DNA of 64,000 nt from Eledone cirrhosa (taxonomy: Eukaryota), in NCBI GenBank assembly GCA_964016885.1, contig OZ024741.1:137888001-137952000 (forward strand), given 5' to 3'. Below, in pieces: positions 14,605 through 29,255 of the stretch. How positions within the stretch are numbered: position 1 is the first letter of the stretch; the number at the start of each line of letters is the position of its first letter. The translations under genes and the position numbers were made by a program. The notes beneath the pieces were generated by a model. It searched no databases, was not told where the DNA came from, and saw nothing but the letters and a program-made list of their open reading frames with translations.

Positions 14605-14654
<50 letters not shown>

Positions 14655-14940
14655 CGGAATTCCTTCCTTGCTCACATTTCGACTAGGTTTGATGGTCTTT
14701 ATTCTCTCTCGTTCACGATTTCACCGAACATATATTCATGGAAATCTGGGACTTGACTCTTTCTTCCTCACTTTTCGTTGCATTACCATCTTTGTTTGTT
14801 TACAGTCTCGCTCGTTCCCCTTATTTACGTGTCCCAACGAGTTTCTTTAGCCGTTGCTCGCACCAACCGGAGGTATATGGTCTTTAAAGCGATGAAATAC
14901 CAATGAAGGTTGCAAGATAACTGATGAAGGACTAACTTTA

Positions 14941-14981
<41 letters not shown>

Positions 14982-14984
<3 letters not shown>

Positions 14985-15420
14985 AAAGTTTTATTTAAGA
15001 TTGTTGGGTTACAACGAGTAAATATTTTATAACTGATATAAAAGCACTGAACAGTTTCTGGAGTAGGTTTACGATATTAAACAAATGGAAACTATATTTA
15101 TAAAACCATATTTATTTCGTTATATATATTTCTGGGATATCATATTAAAAATATGGTATGCCTTCCTCAGACAAAATACAATACATAAGCTGTTTTATAA
15201 ATAATTATTGACATACCTTATAATAATGCAACTTCCAAATCAACTTTTTAAATGGAAGTTGCATTATTATAAGGTATATCAATAATTATTTATAAAACAG
15301 CTTATGTATTGTATTTTGTCTGAGGAAGGCATACCATATTTTTAATATGATATCCCAGAAATATATATAACGAAATAAATATGGTTTTATAAATATAGTT
15401 TCCATTTGTTTAATATCGTA
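14982..15420. mobile_element. Fold-back mini-element family C; arms 15070-15237 / 15253-15420
   Basis: ~168-bp inverted repeat plus an ~88-nt tail, in (TA)n; related copy at 38469-39582. Confidence 0.85.
15312..15377 (+). ncRNA. Minimal hammerhead ribozyme (mirror at ~15113-15178, minus strand)
   Basis: tattttgt-CTGAGGA-(helix II)-GAAA-tatata-TA-acgaaata. Confidence 0.7.
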
Positions 15421-15450
15421 TATATATTTATATATATATATATATATATA

Positions 15451-15683
15451 TAGGAACGAGTAGGACCCCGACGGCTGAGCTCAAGCCGTTTCGACGGCTA
15501 ATTCTGGACTAAAAAAAAAGGTTTCTGGACTAAAAAAAAATTTTTTAGTCCAGAATTAGCCGTCGAAACGGCTTGAGCTCAGCCGTCGGGGTCCTACTCG
15601 TTCCTATTACCCACTCTACTACCCTAAGTATTGAGTACTTTGGTGCGTTATGGTCCATCTGGTTCCTTACCACATTTCCTTCG

Positions 15684-15686
<3 letters not shown>
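15451..15686. mobile_element. Fold-back mini-element family B (copy 2)
   Basis: Homologous to 6580-6774 in the opposite orientation; (TA)n flanks. Confidence 0.85.
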
Positions 15687-15717
<31 letters not shown>

Positions 15718-15723
<6 letters not shown>

Positions 15724-16070
15724 GACGTAAAATAAGAAAATTTAAAAAAAAATTAAAAATTAACTTACTTACTAAAATTTAGTGACCGCGCATTGCCTGG
15801 AGACTTAGCTGAGAATAGACTCCCTGATGACGTAATGAATTCTGGATGGTTATATTACGTAACTATCTTTATCCCATTACAGAAACTAATTAGTTGGAGT
15901 GAAATTTTAGTAAGTAAGTTAATTTTTAATTTTTTTTTTAATTTTCTTATTTTACGTCTTTCATAATTGTTCTGCATCCTCCTGCATTGAACCACCTAGG
16001 TACTATGACATAACTTATGTATTTGCTAGCATTAGTGTACATTTGTACGCATATGTTGGTAGATATACTA
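15718..16070 (+). mobile_element. Mini-element family H with inverted ends (15718-15780 / 15903-15964) and a hammerhead
   Basis: Inverted arms plus tail; related copies at 46020-46244 and 28185-28345. Confidence 0.8.
15819..15900 (+). ncRNA. Type I hammerhead ribozyme
   Basis: actcc-CTGATGA-c-gtaatg...cattac-a-GAAA-ctaattag-TT-ggagt. Confidence 0.8.
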
Positions 16071-17394
16071 ATTCTCTCTCTATATATAGATATATAGATA
16101 TATATTTATTTATTTATTTTAAATAATATTTAAAGAAAAAAACATTCTGTTGTTTCCACAAAAGCTTGAAATAGGAAAGCACAGAAAAACTTTATATACC
16201 TATAAGAATATTATACTTTATACAAATATTTGAAAAAATCTGTGGTTGAAAAAATATTAAATTTTAATTTGTCGAGCTGACGGACACAAATACAAACATA
16301 ATCGATCAAAAGTAAATGATATAAGGACATATTTCAATGAAATATTTTGAGTAAATATTGACAAGAAATTATAGTACAGAATTTTAAATCACCACAAAGA
16401 TTATTGTTATTTTATTCCACTACATTTTTAATGGTGATCGAGTAAATGTTTCTAATAGAAATATAATGAGAAATAAATGAAGAAACTACTGGAGTGTACA
16501 ATTGGTTTCACTGTCCTAATGATAAAAATAACATAATGAGCAGAAAATGCAGCATCGAAGGAAGAAGATGTTTTAGTTTGGTGTGTGTGTTTTTATGTGT
16601 GCCTGCGCGCGTGTGATTGCGTGTGTAAGTGTTTGAGATATAATAGATGGAGAAAATATAATGAACACTTATGAAAAGTGCTAATGTTTTGAAATGTTCC
16701 TGCCATATTTCGTATTAACGTCTATATTTATGACCATTACATATTGATGTTGTTCTTATTGTTTCATGTGATACAAACATATTTATACTTCATATATTTA
16801 CATTCAATTGGTTGTGATCTGTAGTTTTCAACACACTCTCCCATATATAGGAAACACACGCGACATTCATGTTCGTTTATATTTTACTGCAGATACACAC
16901 ACACACAAACTCGTCACCTCATAATAAAGTGGAACCCTCTACTTAACCAAATGTTTATACACACTCACACATACACACACACATACACAAACACACATAA
17001 CTACACAGTCGCCCCCCCCCCCCACACACACACACACACACCCACATATATTTATATATATATAGGTTATTACACCTATTTCAAGATACTATAAGGGATA
17101 GGTATACCGGAACTATGATTACGTATTTATTTATGGTTGTTTACGCGGCAATCATGGTTTCTAATGTAAGCAAAATTCGGCTTTAAAACCATTTAAAGGT
17201 ATTCTCCATTACTTTTAATTTTGATGGAAATATGTGGCATGTTTTAAGGCTTTATAATAAAATTGATTAAATTTATATTCACATTTAGCGCAATCTTCCA
17301 ACATATATATTTGCAGATATACGACAATATTATACTTCTGCTGCTTAAAGCACAAATTAAAATGTGCAAATTTACTGAGATATATTATCATATT

Positions 17395-17512
17395 ACGAGC
17401 TGAGGATGCGCTAAGGTTAAACAATTGTTCTCGGTATGGTGAACTAACTGTTGTGTAACCACTTGTACCGAACTCGTCCCACGGATATTATTACCTTCCA
17501 ATGTTCTACCAC
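17395..17512 (+). mobile_element. Family A mini-element, single arm, degenerate hammerhead
   Basis: cgagctgaggatgcgctaaggttaaacaattgttctcgg...gttctaccac followed by (TA)n. Confidence 0.7.
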
Positions 17513-17521
17513 TATATATAC

Positions 17522-18013
<492 letters not shown>

Positions 18014-18619
18014 GTATGTATATATATATTGCATTAAAACATATGGTTATCATGTTTGAGGAAATCTCAAGTATGCGCCCTATCACCTGTAGAATAAGCT
18101 CAAACAAAGATTCTAAGGAATAAATCCGAGGATTTATTATAATATATTCATTGACATATATATATCAAATGACATACATGCATAAAATAACATATCAAAC
18201 TTTAAAATTCTGTAGAGAATGTAAGAACACGTAGCTCCGTAAGGTAACATTAAAATTTAACAGAAAAACTTCAAATATAGATGCCTTGCAAAACCTAGTT
18301 ATCTTCCTTCATATGTATCCCTCCTTCGTATATATCCCTCTATAGTTATGAAATACATTTCACCTAATATAAAGTTTAGTTCATTGATCAATCAGGATCA
18401 TCAGCGAAGGAAATCGATCTATCTGAAATACAGAGCAGAGACTAAGAGGAAAAGCGCATAATGTTTGCAAAAATCCAACGCTCCTTTTTGCTGTCTCAGT
18501 AACGTGGAAGGGTATATGAACAACCAGAAATAGCAGCCAAACTTTTCAACAGTGTAAAAGCTCTACTAAAAAATATCTTTAGGTGCATAATTATATTAAC
18601 TTCAAAAATATAGAAGTCA

Positions 18620-19890
18620 TAATAATTAAATAATAATGATGAAATTATTGTGTACAGTGCTCAGGTGTACTACAACTCGTCAAAGGTGCATGTATAGTAC
18701 ATAGAATAATACACGAATGTCAGGGAAGTGAATAGTGTATGAGTCATGTTTATACATGTGTGCGTGTGTATTGAGGGGGAATAATAGGTGTATCGTTGGC
18801 GAATCTCAGGAAGCATAGTGGTGTTAAAGGATGCAGTGTCTCAGCAGCTAATAACTGATGCAGGTAGTTTGCTCCATGCTTCAGCAACTCTGAGCGTGAA
18901 AAAATGTTTCCGAAAGTCATAGGAGCTATATTGTTTTCTAACTTTGTGGGCATGCCCACGTGTGTTACATCCATGGAAATCAAAAAGGTACTCAGGGTTG
19001 TTGATGGGAAGATGGTTAATAATTTTGTGGGTGTTTACCAAGTCAGTTGCCAGACATCGGAGCTTCAATGTATCCATGCCCAGGGAAGTAAGGCGTTCAG
19101 AGTATGGTGGATGGCTGATGCAGGGTATTTGCTTGGTTGCATGTCTCTGAACAGTTTCCAGGCGGTCAATGTTCTGAGCAAGATATGGATTTCAGACTGG
19201 TGATGCAAATTCTAAGTGTGGCTGCACCATATCTATATACAGCTTTAAATAGATAGCTGGAGAGTGGCTGAAAAAGGTCTTGCTAAGTGATGCTAAGACA
19301 CCCTCGGCCTTCTTGCCAATTTTAGAGACGTGCTTCATCCAACGCAAATCGCTGCTGACTCTAATGCCCAGGTACCGTTCACAAGAAAACTTCTTGATAT
19401 TAGTGTTGTGGAGGGAGTATGTGGACGCTGGGTTTTTACTCCCAAAATGCATGGTGGTACACTTGTACACATCTAGCTTGAGTTGCCAGTCTGTGATCCA
19501 TTGTTACATTGTGTCCAGGTCTGATTGCAGGAAAGATCTATAGTGCTCAGGATCTGTCCTTTTTATCTCAAGGTACAGCTAGATGTCATCTGCACATTTC
19601 AGTACAGTGGCATACTTTAAGTTGGCCTCTATGTCATTAATATATGCCACAAAGGGGGTGAAGAACAGATCATTGTGGTACACCAGATGACATTTCATAT
19701 GGTGAGGAATGCTGTTCTAGAACCGTGACTACCTCTCTTCGACTGAGAATGAAGGACTTCAAACAGTTAAAAAGATCATCCTTTACACCCATTGCAGAGA
19801 GTTCTGCCATAAGTCTTTTGTGAGGCACAGAATTGAAAACTTTAGCAAAGTCAAGGTAAACAACACCCACCCATGAGCCGCCATCATTGA
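18620..19890 (-). mobile_element. 5'-truncated CR1/L2-group LINE (degenerate RT)
   Basis: VVYLDFAKVFNSVPHKRL, SGVPQ, KCTTMHFG, YLGIRVSSDLRW, VQPHLEFASPV, NTRGH; AT-rich simple-repeat tail. Confidence 0.88.
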
Positions 19891-20038
19891 TCCGGGTGAT
19901 GACTTCAAGAAAATCTCAAATATGTGCCCTATTACCTGATAGGGTGCATATTTGAGTAAAATAAGCTCAAAAACGTTTTTAAGGAATAAATCCAAGCTTT
20001 TATTATAAAATAATGATTGACATATATTTTTTCACTTA

Positions 20039-20579
20039 AATTTAATATGTAATATTGCTTCTCTGATTGATATTTTATTTATATATTTTATCCATTCTTT
20101 TAGATGTTTAAGTATTAGAGACTAATTTAATTATATTTAAGCTCCTGATTTGTTTAGCTGTCAGACGGTATTTTGGCTGTTATTTCTAGCGGTATTATAA
20201 GTCTGTTACGTAGTCCTAATAATAATAGACATGTATTCATGTAATGTATCAATTACACAACGTGTTTTTGTTGAGCATGCTAGATCGGCAACTGGTATGT
20301 AGATTATCATGATAAATATGGTCTCTTTAAATATAAGAATATTAACCTCATGAATTCGGGAATTTTTCAAATATTGGTCTTTTCCAAGAAATAAACCATG
20401 GTAGGGAGGTAGATATATAAGTGAGATAGACTAAACTATCTTTGGTCTGTTTGGCTTATACTGCCATAAATAGAGTCTTTTTCACAATTTAATATGTAAT
20501 ATTCTTTCTCTGATTGATATTTTATCTATATATCCATTCATTTAGATGTTTAAATATTAGAGACTAATTTGATTATATA
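20039..20579. repeat. Diverged ~95-bp direct repeat pair (20039-20137, 20487-20579)
   Basis: aatttaatatgtaatatt..tctctgattgatatttta..tattagagactaattt occurs twice. Confidence 0.7.
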
Positions 20580-21377
20580 TACAGCGGTTATCTGTCACTG
20601 AGGTCTCCCTGACCGATTGATAACTCCATATTTCTTTGTCTATATTTTGCAGTAATCCAAGAACTGATTACTTAACCTTTTATGTAAATAACACCTAAAG
20701 ACGTCGCCATTTGCCCCGCATTATGACCTGCTGACGTGAGATTGTTGGCCATAAAAATACATATCGTGATTTTGCAACATTAAAAGATGATTTGGAATTC
20801 GGCCTTATTTTTCATTGATATATACTACAGGTGAAGTCATTCTTTTCCTTTTTTTCAAATATATATATATACATATTATGAAACATAATTTTGGTATGCT
20901 TATACACATTTTTTCTTGTAACTTTGATTTTGTCCCTAATTGTGTATGATTGACGATATATCTAATCGATTTCCACGTGCTATTAGAAATAGTGGGTAAA
21001 TATTCTATGGCTGTTGATCGCGGATAGATAGCGATCGTTTATTTATCTATTATTTCTTCATAGGTGCCTTTTAATCTTATAGCCCTGTTTAATTGTTTTT
21101 TTGTGTGGTTGATTATGCTGAATGGGAGAGGAAATAATGTATATATTTTATCAAATGATTCTATGGACATACTTTATCGTACATATATATATATATATCT
21201 TATACATATATATATGTGCGTGTGTGTGAGCATATATATAATAGTTCCTTTGTTCTTTTTCACTAATATTTCTGCTCTGCGTATACGCATAGAGCTTAAC
21301 TAGCTACCGTCACATATTTGGTGGGTCAGACGTGATCATCGCGATTCACATACGACCTACCATACATCTTACTTATA

Positions 21378-21413
<36 letters not shown>

Positions 21414-21738
21414 TGTATGTATGTATGTATGTATGTATGTATGTATGTGTGTGAGTGAGTGTGTGTGTGTATGTGTCCGTGTGTTTATGTGTGTGTGTGT
21501 GTGTGTGTATGTGTGTGTGTGCCTGTATCTGTGTGTGTGATATGAATAAAGTTGAAAAAACCAAAATCCTGAGAGGGTTCCACATTTCATCTTTTATTTC
21601 TCATTCCATCTTCTCATGAAAGACTAAATCGAGCGTTAAACTAATATAATTCTTCATTGTATTGTGTTGTACAGTTTGTTGATTCCGTTTATTACTATCC
21701 GAACGTACTTCTCTCACTCTCCTTCTCTCTCTCTCTTC

Positions 21739-21812
<74 letters not shown>

Positions 21813-21870
21813 ACACACGCACACACACATATATATATATATACACACATACACACACGCACACACACAC

Positions 21871-21918
<48 letters not shown>

Positions 21919-22255
21919 ATGTGTGTGTGTGTAAGCGTGTGTGTGTGTGTCTAATATATATATATATATATATATCAAGCACCTGTGAAGGGATATGAAA
22001 TATTCATAATCTATGTTTCAGAAAACCATTATATTTTAATGAATCTATTAACATTAAATCTCTCTAGAGACACAATCATATTCATTTCACTCGTAAATGA
22101 CAATACAGGTGACATTTTATTTTGTATTTTCTATTAAATATCACATCTGGATATATGTGATGATAAAAAAAATCCTATCATAGTCTGTCTAACGGTTCTC
22201 TTGAAGTAAATGCCCAACTTATGTATGAGTACGAAAGCAGTAACATTATTTTCGT

Positions 22256-22650
22256 GTGGTGGATTGGCAGTATCGGTAGAAGGTCCGACGCCATGCTTTG
22301 CAGAAAAGAGTTACAGCCCTTTATGGTCTGAGTTCAAATTATCGTCGAGGTTAACTTTGCCTTTCATCCTTACGGGGTCGATAAAATAATGAACCAGTAA
22401 TATACTGGGTAATTGCTGGCCTTGTGCCAAAAGTAGAAACTATTATCCTTGTATATAGCGGTTGATAGGCAGTATCTGTAGAGGGTCGGACACTATGCTT
22501 TGGATCATTGAGTTACGGCCCTTTATGGTCTGAGTTCAAATGGCGCCAAGGTTAACTTTGCCTTTCATCCTTATGGGGTCGATAAAATAAAGTACCAGTT
22601 ATACACTGGGGTAATTGCTGGCCTTGTGCCAAAAGTAGAAACAATTATTT
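22256..22650 (+). mobile_element. Dimeric MetaSINE-like SINE
   Basis: Two tandem units, each with A and B boxes, joined by ttatccttgtatatagcgg. Confidence 0.88.
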
Positions 22651-23067
22651 TCGTATGAAGGAAGAGATATTAGATAATTATCAATGTAGGTAAGTAATAT
22701 ATATATAGAGTATTATGATCAAACAGTGAATAATTTACTTCTGTTGGTTTCATTGTTTTTGGCTGACTTCTTTTTACACTTGACGTTTTCGTTTAGTCTG
22801 ATAACGGCAATGGTAATGATGTTGCTCCGGTTGATAATGACGATGGTGATACTAGATAGGACTATATGAGATATTAATTTTGCTAGGGTCTGTAACTAAA
22901 ATATGATTTTCATATACCTATTTAGGTATTCCTTCTCAGTTGCTAATAATTTATCGAGTAATTATGATGATAAGTGAATTGACAGGAAATATATATCTAA
23001 CATTTATCAAGGTTTGGCTGCCATCTTTCGACGTTGTATATAATTGGAGGTCTCAAGTGTGTCTTAG

Positions 23068-23405
23068 AAGGCTCATGGCATAGTGGTTAGAGCGTCAGAC
23101 TTACAATCGCGAGGTTGTGAGTTCGCTTCTCGGACCGGTCTTTGCATTATTTTCTTGAGCAAGACACTTTATTTCACGTTGTTCCAGTTTACTCAACTGC
23201 AGAAATGAGTTGCGACGTCATTGGTGCCAAGCTGTATCGGCATTTGCCTTTCCCTTGGACAACATCAGTGGCGTGGAGAGGCTGGTATACATGGGCAACT
23301 ACTGGTCATCCATAAACAAACCTTGTGAGGACCTCGGCGGGGAACATTCTAGGTGAAAATCCCATGGTCATCCGTGACCGAAGCGGGGGGGGGGGTCATT
23401 ACCCT
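23068..23405 (+). mobile_element. tRNA-derived SINE, second family
   Basis: A box tggcatagtgg, B box gagttcgcttc, core ttgagcaagacactttatttcacgttg; degraded relatives at ~24200-24390(-), 29990-30220(-), 32400-32630(-), 51003-51280(+), 51480-51670(-). Confidence 0.8.
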
Positions 23406-23598
23406 AGTGTGTCTTAAAAGGTTATTAAAGCGTCTTACTCAAGAATACAACACGCCACCCGATCCAGAAATTGAACAGCAAACGACCTTATCTTGAATCT
23501 TATGTCCTAACCACAAGGGAACGTAACTTTCCGAATTATAGACAGAATAATTTACAGAATTTAATTGAATCTTTCTAGGTTCCAATTCAGAGAGTAAA

Positions 23599-23634
<36 letters not shown>

Positions 23635-23815
23635 TTAAACTAATATATTTCTTCCATGAACTGTGTCGTTTCTTTTGTTATTTTGTTATTTTCTGTGTGG
23701 TACTTTTGCACACACACACACATACACACAAAAACACCCGACACACACACACACACACACACACTTATATGTATATATATATATATATTATGTTATACAT
23801 ATTATATATATTATC

Positions 23816-23910
23816 ATTTTGCCTTTCATCCTTATGGGGTCGATAAAATAAAGTACCAGTAATGTCTTGAATAATTGCTGGCCTTGTGCCAAAAGTAGAA
23901 ACAATTATTA
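23816..23910 (+). mobile_element. MetaSINE-like 3' fragment
   Basis: tttgcctttcatccttatggggtcgataaaataaagtacc...gccttgtgccaaaagtagaaac. Confidence 0.8.
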
Positions 23911-24018
23911 TACATAATATAATTACACATACACACACGCACGCTCTCTCTCTAACTCACTCTCTCCATCTCTCTCTCCCTCTTTCTCTCTCTCACACAC
24001 ACACACATATGCACATAT

Positions 24019-24052
<34 letters not shown>

Positions 24053-24406
24053 GTATGCAGGTATCCGCTAAAATGTACTTACTTTAAATATTAATCTTAT
24101 TTCTAACTTAATATACAATGCATTTATTGTCATTTAAATAATGTGTATATTATTTGCGACACACTGTATATGTGTGTGTGTTTATATATATATCGACAGT
24201 CGATCGATTTTCGGCAAATCGGACCGAGGAAACAATGTTTCCGTTGGTCTTTCCAATTGCTAATACTATCTGTCGGTCACAAATCCAGGTAGAAGGACCA
24301 ACATGAAATAAAGTGTCTTGCTCAAGAACATAACGCATCACCTGGTCCAGGAATCGAACTCACAATTTCACAATTACGAAGGTGAGTGGCTGATTGGTTA
24401 GAGAAT

Positions 24407-24472
<66 letters not shown>

Positions 24473-24856
24473 TATATATATACACATATATATATACCCT
24501 CCACACACCCAAACACACACATATATACAGGTGAAGAAAAAATTAGGTATGTTTTATCTATTTACTTTTCATATTTATAATTGTTATATAGCTCTGATTG
24601 ATTGATTATTTTTTTTATTCTTTCTGTCCAACTCGCCAAACGTGTAGCGTTAACCTCCAATCTGAGACCGTTAGGCCACGTGATAATTCTCCCTACTTGA
24701 AGCGGTCAGTTCAAAAATTCGTCCTTTCATTGAGGGGTATCTTGAAAAGCTGATAGCCTCACGGCCCTGGTACACTTTACTTGCGCTCTGTTCAGTTGAG
24801 ACTTTGAGGAAAAATTATGTATATTTCCGCTACTCTCTCCCCTCTCTCTCCCTCTT

Positions 24857-24887
<31 letters not shown>

Positions 24888-24967
24888 GTGGATATATATA
24901 TATATATAAATTATGTATATATATATGTATATATATATATACGTATATATATATATATATATACACG

Positions 24968-25037
<70 letters not shown>

Positions 25038-25060
25038 CACATATATATATATATACATAT

Positions 25061-25100
<40 letters not shown>

Positions 25101-25569
25101 TTATTAAAATAACAAATTAAAGTTTAATCAAAGAATCGCTGCTTTCACTCTTAACGGGATCTTTTACGTATATAGTTATATACATACATAAAGCAATATT
25201 TTTTCATTGTTTTACTTACATTTTAGAATGATGATTATTCAATTTTAATGAAGAGAGCTTAAATTTACACTCGATAAATCACCAATTTAGAATCTAAATT
25301 GATAAACAAAACACTAATTTCGTTTCATAAAGCAAAGGCAGCGTTTTGCTTTTGTTGTCTCTTTTTTCTGTTTCAAATTGAAAGATAAATAAATTAAAAC
25401 TTCTAATCTCCTCCATCGTTTATTATATTAGAAATTAACAGCAGAACACGCTTAGTAAACATTAGCATTTTATATTCTTAAAATATTCATGTTTCATCTA
25501 AATCTTTCACGTTGATTTTCACTTGTACATCTACTGGACAAGGAAACCATGGCGACATTTAAACACCAG

Positions 25570-25740
25570 TTGGATTGGCAGTATTGGTAGAGGGTCGGAC
25601 GCCATGCTTTAACGTATAGAGTTACGGCCCTTGCCTTTCTGAGTTCAAGGTTAACTTTGCCTTTCATCCTTACGGAGTCGATAAAATAAAGTACCAGTAA
25701 TGCACTGAGTAATTGTTGGCCTTGTGCCTAACGTAGAAAC

Positions 25741-25746
<6 letters not shown>
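25570..25746 (+). mobile_element. MetaSINE-like SINE
   Basis: Same head, core and tail as 11365. Confidence 0.85.
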
Positions 25747-25782
<36 letters not shown>

Positions 25783-25784
<2 letters not shown>

Positions 25785-26012
25785 CAGTAGAACACTGGAG
25801 GGTTATATCCGTAGTAGTAGAGCATTCAGTACATGGGACGAGTTTGCTAGAAGTAGTTCCACAGCAGTTAGTTCACCATACCGAGAACAAATGTTTCATC
25901 TTATGCGGGTCTTCAGCTCGGTCTGAGTGGAGTTGTACGGCTTCTTTCGAGCTCAAGAGCGCATGAGGTGAAACATTTGTTCTCGGTATGGTGAACTAAC
26001 TGTTATGGAACT

Positions 26013-26017
<5 letters not shown>
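25783..26017. mobile_element. Family A fold-back mini-element (diverged copy) with a hammerhead at ~25880-25921 on the minus strand
   Basis: Minus strand ccgag-CTGAAGA-...-GAAA-catttg-TT-ctcgg; inverted arms; microsatellite flanks. Confidence 0.75.
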
Positions 26018-26106
<89 letters not shown>

Positions 26107-26109
26107 ATG

Positions 26110-26181
<72 letters not shown>

Positions 26182-26182
26182 C

Positions 26183-26221
<39 letters not shown>

Positions 26222-26235
26222 ATATATACATATAC

Positions 26236-27102
26236 GTGCAACGAATTTGTCCTCACTATAAGGACGAAGGAAACTGAAGTGATGATGCAATGTACTGACT
26301 CTACCCCAGTCATTCAAATAGAGTCATGAACCCAATTCTGTTGAACGTTTTCGATATCCGGGATCTACAATAACCTCGAACCTTTCTGTTGGACCACATA
26401 CTGATTGAAGTATTGTGAGGGCCACCGGGACCATGTCCAAACTTCCCTAAAGGGTGTGTTCAAACAAAATCTTGACTGAGAACACCATGATGCAGGTGTC
26501 CAGGGGCTGCATTCTAAGTCCCCTACTCTACTTCAGTGAAACATAGATACACATGTTCCGCCCAAGTGAGGAGACTAAATAGTTTCCAGACACATTCTTA
26601 GAATCCAAAATACCGAATTGCTTGAGCCTCCAGACTTACCAATTGTCTTTGACCTTCTGAGCCATCACCATCTTCGCTATCTCAGCTATGTTTACCGATT
26701 GGCTTACAAACACACCTATAAAGACCTGCTGCACGGCAAACTATCAGTGAGATCTAGGTCTGTAGGCCATATGCGACAGACGTTTAATGTTGCAGTCAAA
26801 CGAGACCTGAAAATAGCAGTGATCAGTCCTGGGGAAGTGTTTTGGATTCATGTGGATCCTGGAAATGCACCATTCAGAGACGGGCAAAACTAGCAGAGAA
26901 AAACATATTGAGTCACCGAGGAGAAAAAGAAACACACACAAGTCAGGTTCTGTAAAGCAAATAGAATCTGCCTATAGATGTCCCTCATGTAGTAGAGATT
27001 GCTACTCCAGCATGGGCCTACACAACCACAGAAGGGATTGAAACACCCAGTAGTAACTATATTCCCGGTACAGCCATCGTCTCTCGAGACGGAAGGAGGT
27101 CA
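26236..27102 (+). mobile_element. 5'-truncated RTE (BovB-like) LINE
   Basis: KETEVM, LLYFSET, LRYLSYVYRL..KDLLHGKL..RSVG..KRDLK, C2H2 motif CPSCSRDCYSSMGLHNH; 3' end ccatcgtctctcgagacggaagg. Confidence 0.85.
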
Positions 27103-27113
27103 AATATATATAT

Positions 27114-28189
<1,076 letters not shown>

Positions 28190-28367
28190 GTAAGTAAGTT
28201 AATTTTATAATTTTCTTATCTTACGTCTCTTATATTATTGTTCTGCAACCCCATGCATTGAACCACAATGTTATTAAGACAAAAGCTATATATTTGCTGG
28301 CATCGATATGCATTTGTATGTATATATATGTTACTAGATATAAATTCTTTATTATATATATATATAT

Positions 28368-28589
28368 AGTAATAATAATAAATTTGAAGACTAAAATCCA
28401 AAGAGGGCTCGATAAGGATAAATATATATCAAATATATAAGAACCCTAGAACAAGAATTTATTAAAATAACAGATTAAAATTTAAGCAAAGAATTGCTGC
28501 TTTCCCCCTTAACGGGATCTTCTGAAGATCCCGTTAAGGGTGAAAGCAGCGATTCTTTTCTTAAACTTTAATCTGTTATTTTAATAAAT
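28368..28589. mobile_element. Fold-back mini-element family E; arms 28457-28522 / 28524-28589
   Basis: Palindrome centred on tcttc-t-gaaga; related copies at 25099-25165, 54403-54565 and 54982-55962. Confidence 0.85.
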
Positions 28590-28634
28590 ATATATATAAA
28601 TCTCTCTCTATATATATAAATAAATATATATATA

Positions 28635-28636
<2 letters not shown>

Positions 28637-28685
<49 letters not shown>

Positions 28686-29255
28686 GTTTAACGTCCATCT
28701 TCCACGCTTGCATGGGTTTGGACGGGAGTTTTCCCACTTGAGGCAAGATTGGTTGTCCTGCTCGTATAGGACTGTCTGGCGGGTTTTCTACGGCTGGATG
28801 CCCTTCCTAACACCAACCACGTTTACAGTGTAGACTGGGAGGTTTTTACCGTGTTACCTACACGGCCACATTACAGCATGGACTGTGTGTTTTTTTTATC
28901 GTGACACCTACACGTCTGGCGGGTTTCTACGGCTGGGTGCCCTTCCCAACACCAACCACGTTTACAGTGTGTACTGGGAGGTTTTTACCGTCTTACCTAC
29001 ATGGCCACATTACAGCGTGGACTGTGTGTTTTTTTGTCGTGACACCTACACGACCTCATTTGTTTCGGACTGGATGTTGTGGTACCAACATAACTTCACA
29101 TTTAAGGGGGTGGTGTGGATGGGTTGGGGGTAGTGGGACAGGGGTGTATTTTGTTAGAGGTGCCTACTGACTGTAGGTTTCTCTTTGTACTTAGGCAAGG
29201 CGGGTCTTCTGCATAACTGTGTAGCGTCAAAGATCTCGGTCCAATGACATTGTCT
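28637..29255 (-). mobile_element. RTE-related non-autonomous retroposon with a (GAT)n tail and an internal ~139-bp tandem duplication
   Basis: Minus-strand end ...atggacgttaaacgatgatgat; motif ggttggtgttaggaagggcatccagccgtagaaa duplicated (28774-28912, 28914-29050). Confidence 0.7.

Larger units (their letters stand above)
13821..14607 (-). mobile_element. Retrozyme-like mini-element: two 196-bp direct repeats (13821-14016, 14412-14607) around a non-coding spacer, in (TA)n
   Basis: Repeats appear identical by eye, period 591 bp; each holds a hammerhead; (TA)n on both flanks. Confidence 0.88.

Noticed and set aside
23068-23160. tRNA gene
   Set aside because: A and B boxes continue into a SINE body; no complete cloverleaf
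24527-24790. Tc1/mariner remnant
   Set aside because: Only a tacagg start and a weak WP-like motif; too degenerate to support
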